Source of the DNA: Amoeboaphelidium protococcarum X5
Lineage: Eukaryota; Fungi; Aphelidiomycota
Direction: 5' to 3'
Length of the DNA: 51,051 nucleotides
Assembly: GCA_023515725.1 (NCBI GenBank)
Contig: JALDTO010000182.1
Location: forward strand, 1-51,051
Shown: positions 14,700 to 28,034 of the stretch, piece by piece
Layout of the letters: every line of letters starts with the position of its first letter
Position numbering within the stretch: the stretch's first letter is position 1
Notes under the pieces: model-generated
Told to the model about the DNA's origin: nothing
Seen by the model: the letters and a program-made list of their open reading frames with translations, nothing else
Database searches by the model: none
Translations under genes and position numbers: made by a program

Positions 14700-15456
14700 A
14701 CCAAATTGATCCAATTACAATCAGTTACTTGTGAATTATAATCTTTAAAAGCGCAATGTTTATTTAGATGATGAACAGAAAGGCATGCAGTGAGCGCAGA
14801 TGATAGATGATGCGATGATCGTCTGCAGGCAAAGATGATGGATGGATGACTCGACCAAGGGCTGATTTTTCAAACTTGAATGAATCAACGCGCGAGGAGA
14901 AGCTTTTCACGTTTCAGGTACGTTTCAGAGAACTCGTTCAATGTGAATTCCAATACAATATACGTACTTACCTGAGCTAAATTGAATTGAATTGCATTTC
15001 TACTCAATTACACGGTGTGCACAATAATTTTTATTCTTATGAAACTTTCTTTTAATTCTTTAGAAGGATCAAATCTTTTCAAAGACTGGTAGAGCCACAT
15101 ACGCGTAATTTAGATTCGAATCAAAATAAGCCAGACAGATAACTGTTGAGAAACAAGAGGAAAGATCTAAACGCAGTAGATTTGAGACACATTTACCTAC
15201 ACGGTGCCGCAAAATAGTAATAATAATGATAATAAGCCTTTCAAACAGCACCACTTCTCTCCCGTTACTATAAACATCGAACCGCTAAACTGATCAAGGA
15301 GACTCTAGTTTGAGCAGATGACAATGTGCCCCTGATTAATCCAACTCCAAATCAGAGCATACATACAGAGCGGCCGTAATTTCCTCTTTATATCAATTTT
15401 AAATCATTTTATTTGACTTGTTATTATAGTGTGTAAAAACTATAAAAATACAAAAT

Positions 15457-18400
15457 ATGGATGAATCTAGTAATCATAATGGTAATGCTTAGCCTGTAAG
15501 CGGTGAAGATTAACGCGACGCCGGCGACCGCTCATAAAGTAATGTGAGTGACTCGGTTCAAGACTCGCAGTAGAGAAGAGCAGCTAGAAGCAGTATGATA
15601 TCTAATAGAAATAGACTCTCTGATCAGCTGCTTTAACTAGATATTGATTTGCATAATCGACCTCCAGCACCTAGTTAGTAGCCATCTCCTCAGAAGATCA
15701 AGTCTGCATTAAGCACACGCAGCACTAGGACATTCAGCTCATACTAGCGACCAATTGGTAGTGAAGATGGTCATTAAGCGTAGAGTCCTCCTGGTAGTCC
15801 TCAAGTTGCGTTCACTAGAAAGAATCCGAGTCGGACCACCTTCTCCATTGCTCTGCCTCCGCCATAGTCCATGGACGATGATGATGATATGTATTATTAA
15901 AAGCGTACGCGTCAGAGATCGCAATACTTTCACTCTCCCAGAGCCAGCATTGCAGCGTCATGGAAAGGTGTTAGAAGACGCGCCAGTATGCTCAGTGTTG
16001 CACTTAAACATCAGACTATCGATCGTTGGGACCATTGGTCGCGTAAGAAGAAGATTGCTATATCATTGATCTTCTTCTGTTGTATCTCACTGGTAATCGT
16101 TCTGCCTATCCTGTACAGAGAATAGAATTGTAACATTCAGGGATGCCGCACGGAGTATTTGTATTCACAGTTGGCTAATAGAATGACTTAAGGCGTCGAT
16201 GCTTATATTTATCCTTAGAATTATGGCGACTTTGGGAATGTGAAATAGATACTCGACTACACCGTAAGTTCAATGTCAATATTTTCTACTGCTGTGGGAA
16301 CATACTTTGATTTGGATAAGATCAGACTCATTAACATGACTTTTATTGACACTGACGATCCTCTGCCTACTCTTAATCCCCGTCTGTAAGCTATGCCTAC
16401 CTCAAAGTTTACTCTGCCTATTGGAAAGGCTATATGTGGAAAACTATCTCCATAATCTCCTATTTTAGGATTCTTGCCATCCAACTATGAGGCTGTTGTG
16501 AATTCAATCAGTAGTTCTGATAATCAGTTGCCTCAAGTGTAAATATCAAATTGGACCAACACAAAAGTCGATAATCCTTCTACTCAGTAATCTGTTGGTA
16601 ATCTGAAGCCTTTTGAGCTGGCATCATGCTGTATTCAGTTCCTCTCTGACAAGGCTAGGAGCAGGATTCATAAAAGTGATGTTCATGTTCGCGTTGGCTG
16701 TGTTGGAGGGGCTGAAGCTGGTGGCGGGCTGTGGATTGGGATGAACAATATGTTGTAAGGCCATCAGCTGCCTGACTGGACCGACAGGATGAAGTCTGGC
16801 CAATCCTCAAATGATGTCTTTCATCGAGATGCATCCGTAGTCTCAGTGTCTTCCATAAATGGAAAGTCATATAGTCGTGGGTTGCAGCTATCTGGTAGTA
16901 CGCGATGGTCCGGCTCTTTGCTACCAGTGCTCTCTTCTCTTAGCGGTAATGTGATGACGCCATTGAATATGACATTGAGCTCCTTTATACCGGTCAATGA
17001 GGACAAGGGAGAATTGGTTCTAAACACTAGATCCATGTTGCTCAGTACGATGCTAAGTCCATCGGAGATCGACGTGTCTCGTATAGTACCTCAGCCTTGG
17101 ACAGATCGAGTGGGTGCATGTGGCAACTCACTGCCTATAGTTGTGGATTACTTGAATCCCTTTGATGAGGAAGTTATCGCTAATGTAACTTTTTCTGGTT
17201 CTTCAGTGCTTTTCTAAAGTACAGGCTGCCCATAGAATTATATCCGCTCCAATGGCTGCTGGCTTCAGGATGCTTTATTCAATGTCAATGCTAATGTCGT
17301 GTATGAGGACTCTATCCTGACTTAAAGTTCTCCGCAAAAGTTAGCAGTACTCCGCTTTTATCCAGCAATGTTAATCACTTAGACTGGCAAAAATGTGTCT
17401 TTACCCAGACTGCAGACTAATTTGTATTTAAGACACTCATCTAATAGAAAGCGCGATAAAGTGAACGTTTATGCTCTGTATGACCAGAATTGCGTGTTGA
17501 GAGAAGAGGAATAACCAGAGTCTGGATTCTGGGACTCCTTCAATTTCTTTAAAAGGTAGAGCCAATGGCGTGCGGTTAGCCTGGGAAGATAAGAAAATAG
17601 TCGGCATGTGAGTACCGAGGGTAAGAAGGTGGTATGGTCAACCAGTTCTAGATCGGGCGAGATTGTTTTGGTTGCTGACTATGATGTTGCATCCGTGCTT
17701 GAAGTTAGACTGGAGTTGGAGGGGTGTCCCGCCCACGTATGTCAATAGTCTGAATGGGTACATTTTAACACGAGCAGTCTGCCCAACTTCGAGAGAGCTT
17801 TTAACTGGACTAGCTTTGCTGCTGGTTATACTTAATACAGCAGCGATATTTAATCGGCATTGTCTGCAGCTGGTAGCAATTATAAGTCTGAAGCTGTCGA
17901 TTTTCAGTTCAATGAATATCAGACAGCGGCATAAATGCTGGACGCGGCTTAATTTGAATCTCAGTGGTTTTATGGACATTCACAGCAGGATCTTACTCGC
18001 AATTCTAGTCGGTAATCACTTTTACTCGATTATATTACCTTTGCCGGGCCTTTTAACGCTGACAGCGAACCGGTGAATGATGTTATGAACACTTAGCTAG
18101 ATGCTGTGAACATTTCCAGATGCCATTGTAATCGAATGATACTAATCCTTAGGTATAAGGCGGCGTTGATGCGACTGTTGATGATTCTACAAAATTTCGT
18201 GAGTTTATAAATGCATCTCTCCCACTGATAACATCTATTAACCAATTTATGAATCAGTCGGATGGCTCCGTGAAGAATGTCAATATTGTAAATCTTTGTC
18301 TATCGCTGGCCCAAGATCTTGGTGCAAGTGCCGACTCGCCAGATATTACTGCTTAGAAAGTTCGCTCAGCCACTTAAAAGTTGCTTGCTCCTGCAATATA

Positions 18401-19136
18401 GCTTCATCTTATTGTCCAATAGCACTACTCCTAGATCATTGGTCCTTTTATTGAGACATTCAAGTACTGGATCACTTCACAGATCTCATAACAACCTTAG
18501 TTCCTGGCTACTAGAGCTTTTAATAATTTGAATGGGTACTTGAAGTCGTAATATGGAGGTAATAGTAGCACGCAATTTGAAAGTGCGCTTTCTATAATCT
18601 TAATGACCGCCATGTATTCACCTGCTTAAAACTTTACGTTGGTAGACAGATTAAGTTATGAGTCCATGGCTTCTTAATTACAGGAGTTAGAAAAAGTATT
18701 TTAGTATCCCAGTCAGATGCCTTGGGAGATTTAGTTGCCTCTTGTCAGCAGAGGATAAGGTATTGATCTAAGTCTACTGCAAAAAGTGATTAGAGAGTGG
18801 TTGAAGGCAAAGACTAATTTCCGTAATGCTTGGGCAAGTCAAACGTCTATAACTCTAATAAGAACAATCATGGAGAGCATTCAGGCAAATGATTTGGACC
18901 CTTTATAATTCGACTCTCAATGGTTACTCGGCATCCTGACGTGGGCCAATCTGAACTTTGATGTCTCTAATGGCGACTTTTCTACAGTCCTTACCAGGAA
19001 GCAATTGAATATGATTGAAGTGCTGCTCAACGTTAAGGATCTCAGTGGACAACTGCAAGATGGCGAGGATATACAGGATTCCGCTTTTAATTTGTATCAA
19101 GCTCTGTTAAAGCTAAACTAGAACGCCAACTAATGA
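15457..19136 (+). CDS. Unknown-family single-pass membrane protein (copy B, paralog of 1236-4982), ~1225 aa, with a frame break near 18081-18225
   Basis: ATG 15457 after an A-rich leader. TM segment IAISLIFFCCISLVIVLPIL, then CNIQGCRTEYLY. The first frame is open to TGA 18226-18228; a second frame is open from 18081 to TGA 19134-19136 and continues the homology to copy A. Confidence 0.75.
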
Positions 19137-19209
19137 TTGAAAGAATAGTAAGAATAGAAAGTACAGTATAAATTAACGTTATCATTGTTCCATTTTCTTC
19201 ATTAAAGCT

Positions 19210-20262
19210 TCACAATTTTGAGAATTTAACTTTGGCATCTTTATTCAATACAGACATGACACTCTTTTATAAGTCTTCTGACTGCAACATGGTCATGTTC
19301 CAGTTCTTAATAAAGTCCAGCCCCTCCTGAACAGAATGATCTAAAGCATGTTCTAATGATACCTTAGTCCCCCTGATTGCTATTGGTGACTTGGCAGCAA
19401 TCTACTCCGCCAAAAGCTGTACTTGCTTCATCTACACATCTTTGTCATAAATAGACATTATCAGCAGTGATCCAGTTTCCCATAATCATAAATTACAAAT
19501 TACCATTTCATCTTTAGACTCGTATACACCATTTACCAGGCCGTATTATAAGGCTTCGACGCTGCTAATATTACGCCCTGTATTACACCATTCACGCAAT
19601 TTACCGTGATGGCCAATAATTTTGGTTAACCTCTGGATGGATCCGAGGTCTGCAGCCAATCCAATATCCACTTCTTTGACAGAGAAGTACGCGTCTTTAG
19701 TACAGAATCGCAAGTCTGCCGCTGCAATAAGATCAACACCGCCACCAATGCAAGCACCGTGAACACAAGCAATGACGGGCTTCTAACACTAAGAAACCGC
19801 AGTGACCGCCTTTTACCAACGGTCGAGCAGAGTCCTCAACTTCAAACCACGCCGCCCAGTGCAATCACCTCCATTGATTATCTCAAACAATGCTTTATCA
19901 GTCACTACACTAGGTCTCGACATGCACAACTGTTATAGTCTGTTCTAAATCATTGAATAATCTTACAATCTAGGCCTGCTGTAAAGTGCTTCGACTCGCC
20001 ACCGGTTAAGATGATGGCGCGAACATCAGGATCATCTGCAACGCTTCTGAAATGACTTCCCAATTCATTAAAGAATCTACACAAATGTCATAGAACATCG
20101 CTTTTACGTCCCAATATAAGATTGAAAAGGTTACTGGTCATTCAGAGCATTCAAACGGGAGGAACGGTTGAGTTCAACCAACTACACGAACTCTGACAGT
20201 ATGCGCGATTTGATCGACATGTCTGCTATGAAGTTTTGAATTCTAAAGAAAGTCGACCACAT
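19210..20262 (-). CDS. ECH1: Delta(3,5)-Delta(2,4)-dienoyl-CoA isomerase (crotonase family), peroxisomal
   Basis: Motifs FTAGLDL, KPVIACVHGACIGGGVDLIAAADLR, SVKEVDIGLAADLGSIQRL and WNMTMLQSED; ends VKFSKL-TGA (PTS1). Three GT-AG introns at about 20077-20134, 19905-19966 and 19432-19503. Start uncertain (20262 or 20220). Confidence 0.9.
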
Positions 20263-20399
20263 GGAATGCTGTGGATTTGCACTCAGATCTGGAGTCTTTG
20301 CTAAACTAAAGTCATTTTAAACTATTAAGAATGATGAACATTTAATGAAAAATATATTATAATAAAATCCATTTAATCATTTCTTCCTGTTTCATAAGG

Positions 20400-21115
20400 C
20401 TGACTTCCACCCAACCTACGCAGGTTGAGCACCTTTCGTGATCTGCAAACGCGCACTTTAGTGCACGCCTGCAAGAAAAAGGTACATATACTTCATATCC
20501 TGGACAGCTCATACATGTTAGGGAGGAAAAGCTAATGCAGAAGAGTCAACGCAATCGACGGCCTCGGCGTCGTCTGGCAAAGTGGATACGCTAGGCCCTT
20601 TGCAGCATTTAACCTTCTCTCCTTGATTCGCCCTGAGATACTCAGGCATCAAATAACCTAGTCACTTTGCTGGTCCTACGTGTGCTCCATATTCTCCATA
20701 CGCCTTTCCATAGCGGTAAGACGGTCTTCGATGGCAGTAAGACGGCCACTTATTTATACCTAAAGGGCTTCTAGGCCTTGTGGCGGACCTTGGCCCATAA
20801 TTAGAGACACTTGTGCCCAGTGCTTATTCAGATCATTTATTCGGCAGCTTCAATCTCTTGTTCATTAACGGAGTAAGCATTTAGTCGGAGCACTGACATG
20901 ACATAGCGAGAACGGGCATTCATAACAGACGGATTGAACGGCTTTAATAAACCATCAGTACTGTGAGGTTAAAGATGGGTGACATTCGCCTAATCGTTAT
21001 CCCAGGCTGAAACGAAGACGGAAAGGCGCGCCTTTAAAACAAGTCTAAATCAGGGAAGTATGCTGATGCTGGTTGAAAGGGTGACTGATGTAAAAGGGAA
21101 CACCGACTTGTCATC
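20400..21115 (-). pseudogene. Probable decayed coding remnant with a heptad coiled-coil segment
   Basis: GC-richer block between AT-rich flanks. The minus strand gives MGQGPPQGLEALQVQISG-RLTAIED-RLTAMER-RMENMEH, mirrored by a 21-bp DNA repeat near 20713-20748, but all three frames hit TGA. Boundaries are approximate. Confidence 0.4.
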
Positions 21116-21313
21116 GTATCATCACGAAGTCCTGAATCACTGATATTTTGAAGAGTGGTCTTACGCGCAGTGATAGAATTTGTAGGCGACTGTAACTGAG
21201 CGGGCACAAGGTAAAGAACTTGTGTCTAAAAATACCTGTGACTAAGAATTAATAAAAATTTTTTACCATATATTACTATTTCTATGATCAATTGTGCCCA
21301 AAGAGGTAAATCT

Positions 21314-22846
21314 TCAATACAGATAGTCCCCATCAACAGCCATGACATTGTCATCGCCTCTGCATCTAGAGTTGACAAGTTCTCGTCTGACCTCTGGGGA
21401 GATCTAGTGATGATTCTGAACCTTTATCAACTCCAACACTGCTTCCTTCTACTCAGGAGACATATCTTCCTTATATCTCTGACAGAAGGTGAGCAGACAC
21501 TAATGCCAAATCACCGGCATACTGTTGGGATTTTCCATCTTTCTAGCACCGCGACCATACGAGGATCTGACAAAATCATCACCCGGTCCATGACGGAAAC
21601 GCAAAAAGTGCTCAACAATTGAGTCAATCACACGGTAAGGCAGAGCATATTTCTTATCCAGAAGAACGCGCATAAAAATACTGTTGGCGCCGTTATAGCG
21701 TTCAATCTAGGATAATTTCATTAACGCGGCCGCACTGTGCAGCAGAGGCACACTAGTCTTTTTCAGTACGCTACTCACCACCAATGCTTCACGCAAAGTG
21801 CAGCTCATAGACGCGTCTGCATTAGGATTCAATCTAGATTAGACGCCACAGAGTGGTAGTAGAATACCTTTAAACCAAGCAGCTGGCTTATACAAGGCCT
21901 TCTTCAAAGCTTCAAATAGATGCGGATTAATAATACGAGTGTCCTTCTTGCTTCCTGTACCACCAACTTCTTTCAGTGCAGTACGGTTTCCCATGTCTGA
22001 GCGGACATGATCCAAGAGGATTAAATTATAGAATCGCTGAGCCATCTTTGGCTTAAGATTGGAAGAAAACATCTTGGTGGCAGCAAGTACTGCAGCGGGA
22101 CTCCAGTTCTCTGGCGCTGTCAGGTACAGGATATCTTCCCAATTGGACAACGATGGGATAATCTTGAAAGCCTTTGGCAATTTTCCGGATCTATAACGTG
22201 CCAGTAACAAACCGACTTTTCCATAAACTTCAACAACTTTGGGAGTTAAATTTGGAGGTATATACTACTAAGGGTGGGAGCCATGTTCATTATTCTCCAT
22301 CTCCCGTAACTTACTCATGACGATAGATGACAGGTTGACGCGTTCAAAGTCTCCCCCATTTTCATCAAAATCATCACCATCTGGCATAAACAGATTCAGT
22401 GCATCCCTATCTTGAGCAGAAATATCATTATACTCACCGTACAAATCTCCCATATCACTAGCGGCATCTTCGTCAAAGTTGTGAAAATCGCTAAAATTGC
22501 TTTATAACTCTTCATCAGCAGAATCGTCTCCGTACGCATCATCTTCATCACTTTCTAAAGATTTAAGATCTTGGTGTCTAGAATATCTATCAGAAGCATT
22601 GATATCCAATGACCGGCTCTCATTATCTTCCAACTCCTCCATCTACGCGCGAGCTTGCTCCAATATTTTACGCGAACTCTTGCTGTCGATAGCGGCACTA
22701 ACACTCTTATCCAGTCTCTTCTCTTCACGAGCCTTAAACTTTTATCTATCCTTCTTCTGCTTATGCGAAGTCAAGAATGAAGACTCGGCTCTTGCCATAG
22801 GATCGACGCGTTATTTCCCTCTACTAGACTTTATCACTGGCGGCAT
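21314..22846 (-). CDS. ENP1: Bystin / Enp1 40S biogenesis factor, 510 aa
   Basis: [54 protein letters not shown][TAG][10 protein letters not shown]. Single frame ending in TGA. Confidence 0.96.
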
Positions 22847-23045
22847 ACTGTTAAACGTGCCTATTTTTGCTTTCTTTTTCTCTTCGATGAAGAACAAGCT
22901 TGGCTTATGGCTTAGAAAAATCAACTAAGCGAGAGACGCGCGATCCATCCAGTAGACGAGCTGACTAGTTCAGGAAAATATAGAAACGAACAATTATAGT
23001 AATTTGGAAAGGAACGAACAAGTTGGAATGTAATAGTTATTAAAT

Positions 23046-26000
23046 TCATCCGACCCATTTTCTCACGTTTCTAAACATTCTCAGCCAAGGCCCGTCCGCG
23101 TAATCATCAGACTTATGCAACATCTCGTCTGGACACCAAGAGCTGCTTACAGTCCTTATGACACGCTCAGGATGAGGCATCATGATCAGAACGCGTCCAT
23201 CAGCAGAGCAGAATCCAGTCACGCCATCTACACTACCATTCGGGTTCTGTGGATACTTTTCTGTTGCTGAATCGTGACCATCCACATATCTTAGAGCTAC
23301 CATTTATTAAGACTGCAGCTGATTGTAATCCCCACTAGACTCAAATTCGGCCAATCCTTCGCCGTGCGCAACAGCAATCGGCAACTATGAACCAACCATA
23401 TCATCAAACCAAATCTGACTAGCTGCTGACTGCACAATCTCTACCATGCATGTTCTAGCCTCAAACTGCTCACTCTAATTCTTGACAAAACGAGGTAACA
23501 GCTAATTCTTAGTAGATGCAGTAGCACCAGACGTATCAGTACTCGAGAATAAAGACTTTAACTGAGACAGCATCTGACAACCATTACAAACACCAAGGGC
23601 GAACGTATCGCTTCTCTAAAAGAATTTCTTAAACTGATCCACTAACTGTTGGTGATACAAAATACAGTTGGCCCACCCGGAGCCGGCGCCCAACACATCA
23701 CCATAACTGAATCCACCACAAGCTGCAAGACCGACAAAATCATCCAATGTAACTTTCTCCTCAATCAAATCAGTCATATGCACGTCAATGGCGCTAAAAC
23801 CAGCTCTCATAAAAGCATACGCCATCTCGCGATGTCCATTGACACCTTACTCTCTCAAAATAGCAACCTTTGGTCTGGTGCTGAGATTTAACGTATCCAA
23901 AGGATTAACCAGATGATTAAATGTCAACTTGTAAAACAATCCCAGATCTTAAAATGAAATTCCATCATATTCTTACTTAGCACAGACAGGATTGTCCCTA
24001 AGAGCCTGCATTCGGTATGATGTCTCACTCCATAGCTTCAAGCAATCTTGAAGGTCAAACTTGACGAGATCGCCATCATTTACAGAGTCACTTAATTAAA
24101 TAGAAAGCTCCATGGAGTCACAAAGAACTTATCCTATGCAATGCACATTAGAACTCAACTGGCACTATTCAACCAGCTCCAAGAACTTGGACTATTCTTT
24201 AGCATCAACTTAAACTACGGCGCCCAGTTCTTCATTTACCAAGAATGACAACAAATCGTCTTAAGAGATATCCAATTTTAAAGCAACTCCAACTCTGCCA
24301 GCAAAACACATTTCCATCAAAGTAACGATAAGTCCTCCATCAGATCGATCATGATAAGCCTTGATCAAATTGCTGTTTCTCGATAAAGTCATAAGATGGA
24401 AAAAGTTCTTCAGCAAAGATACATCTTCAATGTCAGGGACCTCTGTTCCCACTAAGCCTAAAGTTTGAGCATAGCAAGATCCACCTAATCTCATTTTGCC
24501 ACCAGCCAAATCTACGAAATACAACAGAGACTGATTCATCCTGTGCAATTAGGGAGTCAAAGTCTTTCGGACATCAACCACAGGAGCATAAGCCGTAATT
24601 ACCAAAGATAGTGGGGAAGTGACAGATTTGGTACCCGCTTGATCATCAGAATCGCGCCATGATGTCTTCATTGACATAGAGTCTTTACCAACTGGAATGG
24701 ATATTCCCAACTGCGGACACAGCTCCATGCCAATCGCGTGCACAGCTTCATATAATGCTAATCCTTGGCCAGGTTCACTTGCGGCAGCCATCCAGTTGGC
24801 AGACAATCTGACACTACCAAGACAACTCTAAGTATCGATAGCCTTGCTTGAATTCTCACTGTTAGAGGATGTATAATCTTCACGATATCCAATGTATGCC
24901 GCAGCGAGATTAGTCAAACTTTCACATACGGCCATTCTAGCTGACGCAGCTGGATTAATCAAAGCTAAAGTAGGACGCTCACCCATAGACATACACTCTC
25001 CCGTCAGAGTCTCATAAGATGTGGCAGTAACAGCACAATCGGCCACGGGACACTGCCACGGTCCAACCATTTGCTCTCTACATACCAGACCGGTCACCGA
25101 TCTATCTCCAATAGTGATGAGAAACTACTTAGAAGCCACAGCTGGTACCTTTAAAACGTTCTTAACAGAACCTATTAAATCAACTTTACCAAAATCGGCA
25201 GGTATAGGCTGCAAATCCCTGCGTACAGTACTATCAGACTTCTTCAAAGTGGGAGCTTTGCCAAAAAGTAATTACATTGGTAGATCAATAGGCACTTGAG
25301 AAGAGAGACAATCCACAAGTCTGAGTTTCTACTCTTCTGTGGCAACACCAGCAATCCCGAATGGGCAGCGTTCACGTTGACATATAGATTTAAACACTTC
25401 AATTTGATCGCGATCAATGGCACATACGAACCTCTCCTGCGACTCATTGCACCAGATTTGCATAGGAGACATTGACTGATCATTGCATGGAATTTCTCTC
25501 AGCTGGAAAGTGGCTCCCATTCCACTATCATGTACTAGCTCAGGGAACGCATTACTTAAACCGCCAGCACCAACATCATGCAGCGACAATATAGGATTAA
25601 GATCACCCATTGCCACACAGGCATCAACCACTTCTTGAGCGCGTCTCTGCATCTCTGGATTGTCCCGTTGAACGCTGGCAAAATCCAATTCCGCCGAGCC
25701 AGATCCACCAGATGCACTTGAAGCAGAACCGCCTCCCAATCCAATGAGCATACATGAACCACCAAAAACAGCTAGATAGGATCCAGCAGGTATTTTATTC
25801 TTCTCAATATTCCGTGGCATAACATTACCCATACCACCAGCGATCATAATTGGTTTATGGTAACCAAACACCTCTGACCTATCAATCTGCTGACAAAATG
25901 TCCGGAAATATCCAGTTAAACAAGGTCTGCCAAACTCATTATTAAAAGCAGCAGCGCCCAAAGGGCCTTGTAACATAATGTCCAGAGCACTGGCAATCTT

Positions 26001-27134
26001 CTTGGGTTTACCCACGCCATCACGCTCCCAGTCATGAACAAAACCAGGAATTACCAAATTAGATACTGTGAACCCACAGAGACCAGCCTTGGTTCTGCTA
26101 CCACAACCAACCGCGGCTTCATCCCTAATCTCACCACCGCTGCCAGTAGACGCACCCTGATAAGGACTTATCGCTGTAGGATGATTATGTGTTTCTACTT
26201 TGCACAACAAATGGACATCTTACTCATCCAACTGATACTCTTTGTCGGCTGATTGAATCTGCAAATACTGAGCGGAATGTCCTTTCAACACAGCGGCATT
26301 ATCCTTATACGCACTAAGCACATTCTATGGATGCAATTTATAAGTATTCTTGATCATTTAAAAAAGAGAAAGATCCTATACCACACCATCTATAGTCCAA
26401 GAACCATTAAAAATCTTGTGTCTACAGTGCTCAGAATTAACTTGGCCAAACATCATCAACTCTGCATCAGTTGGATTCCTGTTAATCTCGCGATAACTCT
26501 TGACCAAGTACGTAATCTCTTCCTAACTAAGAGCAAGGCCCCACTTTACATTAGCTGCCTAAAGAACACTTTACGCTTCATGCTCTGATTAGCATCCCAA
26601 TATATCGACAGATGACAACTCACCAGGTACCGCAGAAAGTTGGAAAATGTCTTCAATTCGAGGCTGATCATTCTCAAGGACACACTCAGTCATTCTATCA
26701 TGAATTTCTTCCATGACTTAATCCCATTATATCTTTGATACAGGTGACTTGCAAGATATAATGTATACTCTGCCTCGTTCCACGCGTTCTATCACATCTC
26801 CCAATCCACAGTACTTGACAATGTCCGTCGCTTTGGATGACCATGGTGATATCGTCCCAGTTCTCGGAATCACATGAATTATTTTACCATTGTTTTAATT
26901 CTTCCAGCCATCCAATAACTAGGGAACTTCTTATGCTACTTGAGAGCGCCCAGTCAAAAATGTGGTAATCTTGACGCGATCTCCATCGTTAAGCTGGCTT
27001 TAACTCAATTGACAATAGCACACATAGTAAGCTTTGATATCCTCTATTTGACCGGATGCGACATGATTAACCTTCTATAGCAGTTGCAAATTTTTGGCAG
27101 GAGACTGTACTCTATCACCAATTATTCTCAGCAT
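23046..27134 (-). CDS. ADE6: Phosphoribosylformylglycinamidine synthase (large-type PurL), ~1362 aa
   Basis: [49 protein letters not shown][TAA][29 protein letters not shown]. Single frame ending in TGA. Confidence 0.98.
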
Positions 27135-27415
27135 ATTATCTCCGTTGATATTACCGTTCCCACTTGCAGTCATTACAGTTCAACGATATTTTAAAATACA
27201 ATCTGCTGATGTCGTTTATCAATCGTCGTTAAAAAGAGCCGATCGCGTGGCGCAATTTTTGGCTTTGATCCAACCTGGCCATCCAGCCATAACCGAGACT
27301 GTACGTAAGTTTGCACAATGTACACGCCAAAAGGTAATGTATAAGAATATGCTTGAATTTTTAAAACCGCTTTCCAAGTCAAATTAACAATCTAAAACTT
27401 AAATCTTTATATTCA

Positions 27416-27865
27416 TCAATTATGCCTGAAGAATTTCATGCCCATCCAGTTCATGACTATTGCTGCCAGTGTTACAGGGATCGTGATTGGCACCAAGTAG
27501 CAGTAGTAATGGTCATCCTTTATGGCGTCCAGCAATTTATTTCCAGTGTACGGCATGAATTTACTGATAACAATTGCGTACATACTAATGGCAAAGTAGA
27601 CATAAGTCGCCAGTAGTAGCAAAATCCCATATGTCCATGTGAGACCACTATCCACAGTGCTGTTGTGTTTCACATGCTTGTTCGACTCGACAATCGTGCG
27701 CCGGAACGATGAATCGCCTTGAAACAGACGAGCCTTCACGTTCGGGTGGAAGTCTGTGATTGAACGCTGCTCCGGAGAGGTACTACTTGCGAGAGACTGG
27801 CTATCTTCCAGAAATTTGGCTTACTTTATTTAAAGAGAAGTACTTTCGATCAATCGATTGGACAT
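27416..27865 (-). CDS. PIG-Y-family membrane protein (putative GPI-GlcNAc transferase subunit), 149 aa
   Basis: Two TM segments with SKFMPYTGNKLLDAIKDDHYYCYLVPITIPV...NWMGMKFFRHN, the pattern of fungal/plant PIG-Y-domain proteins. ATG 27865 is reached by reading TAA as Gln. Confidence 0.8.
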
Positions 27866-28034
27866 TCTTTTAATAGAGTAGTAGATAATTGGGCCAAGTT
27901 TGAATTGAGAAGTTTAATTATTTTATGTCAAAAAGGCAAAGAGAAAACAAAGGATATGAGCTCAAGTTGACAAGTTTCATCAAGTTCACGCCTCTGCCTA
28001 AAATCCGTTCAATTTCAACACCCAGAAGAAGGTA

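Noticed and set aside
14964-15035. U1 snRNA candidate (TACTTACCTG, ATTGCA, Sm-like AATTTTT)
   Set aside because: Too short and AT-rich, with no stem-loop I or other U1 stems. Better read as a CAG|GTAAGT splice donor on the minus strand, perhaps in the VPS13 leader.
14972-15364. TGA-free minus-strand frame of about 130 codons upstream of VPS13
   Set aside because: With only one stop codon such frames arise by chance, and there are no recognisable motifs.
18199-18257. 59-nt GTGAGT...CAG intron that would repair copy B
   Set aside because: The segment it removes encodes residues that align with paralog A in the -1 frame, so it appears to be exon. Not fully excluded.
20283-20315. Upstream AAAATG for ECH1 giving MTLVQQRLQI (PTS2-like)
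   Set aside because: Out of frame, closed by TGA after 10 codons, and no convincing intron joins it to the gene.
20510-21100. Telomerase RNA template (CCCTAAC) or hammerhead ribozyme (CTGATG, GAAA words)
   Set aside because: The template match is only 7 nt, and there is no complete CUGAUGA/GAAA core with stems.
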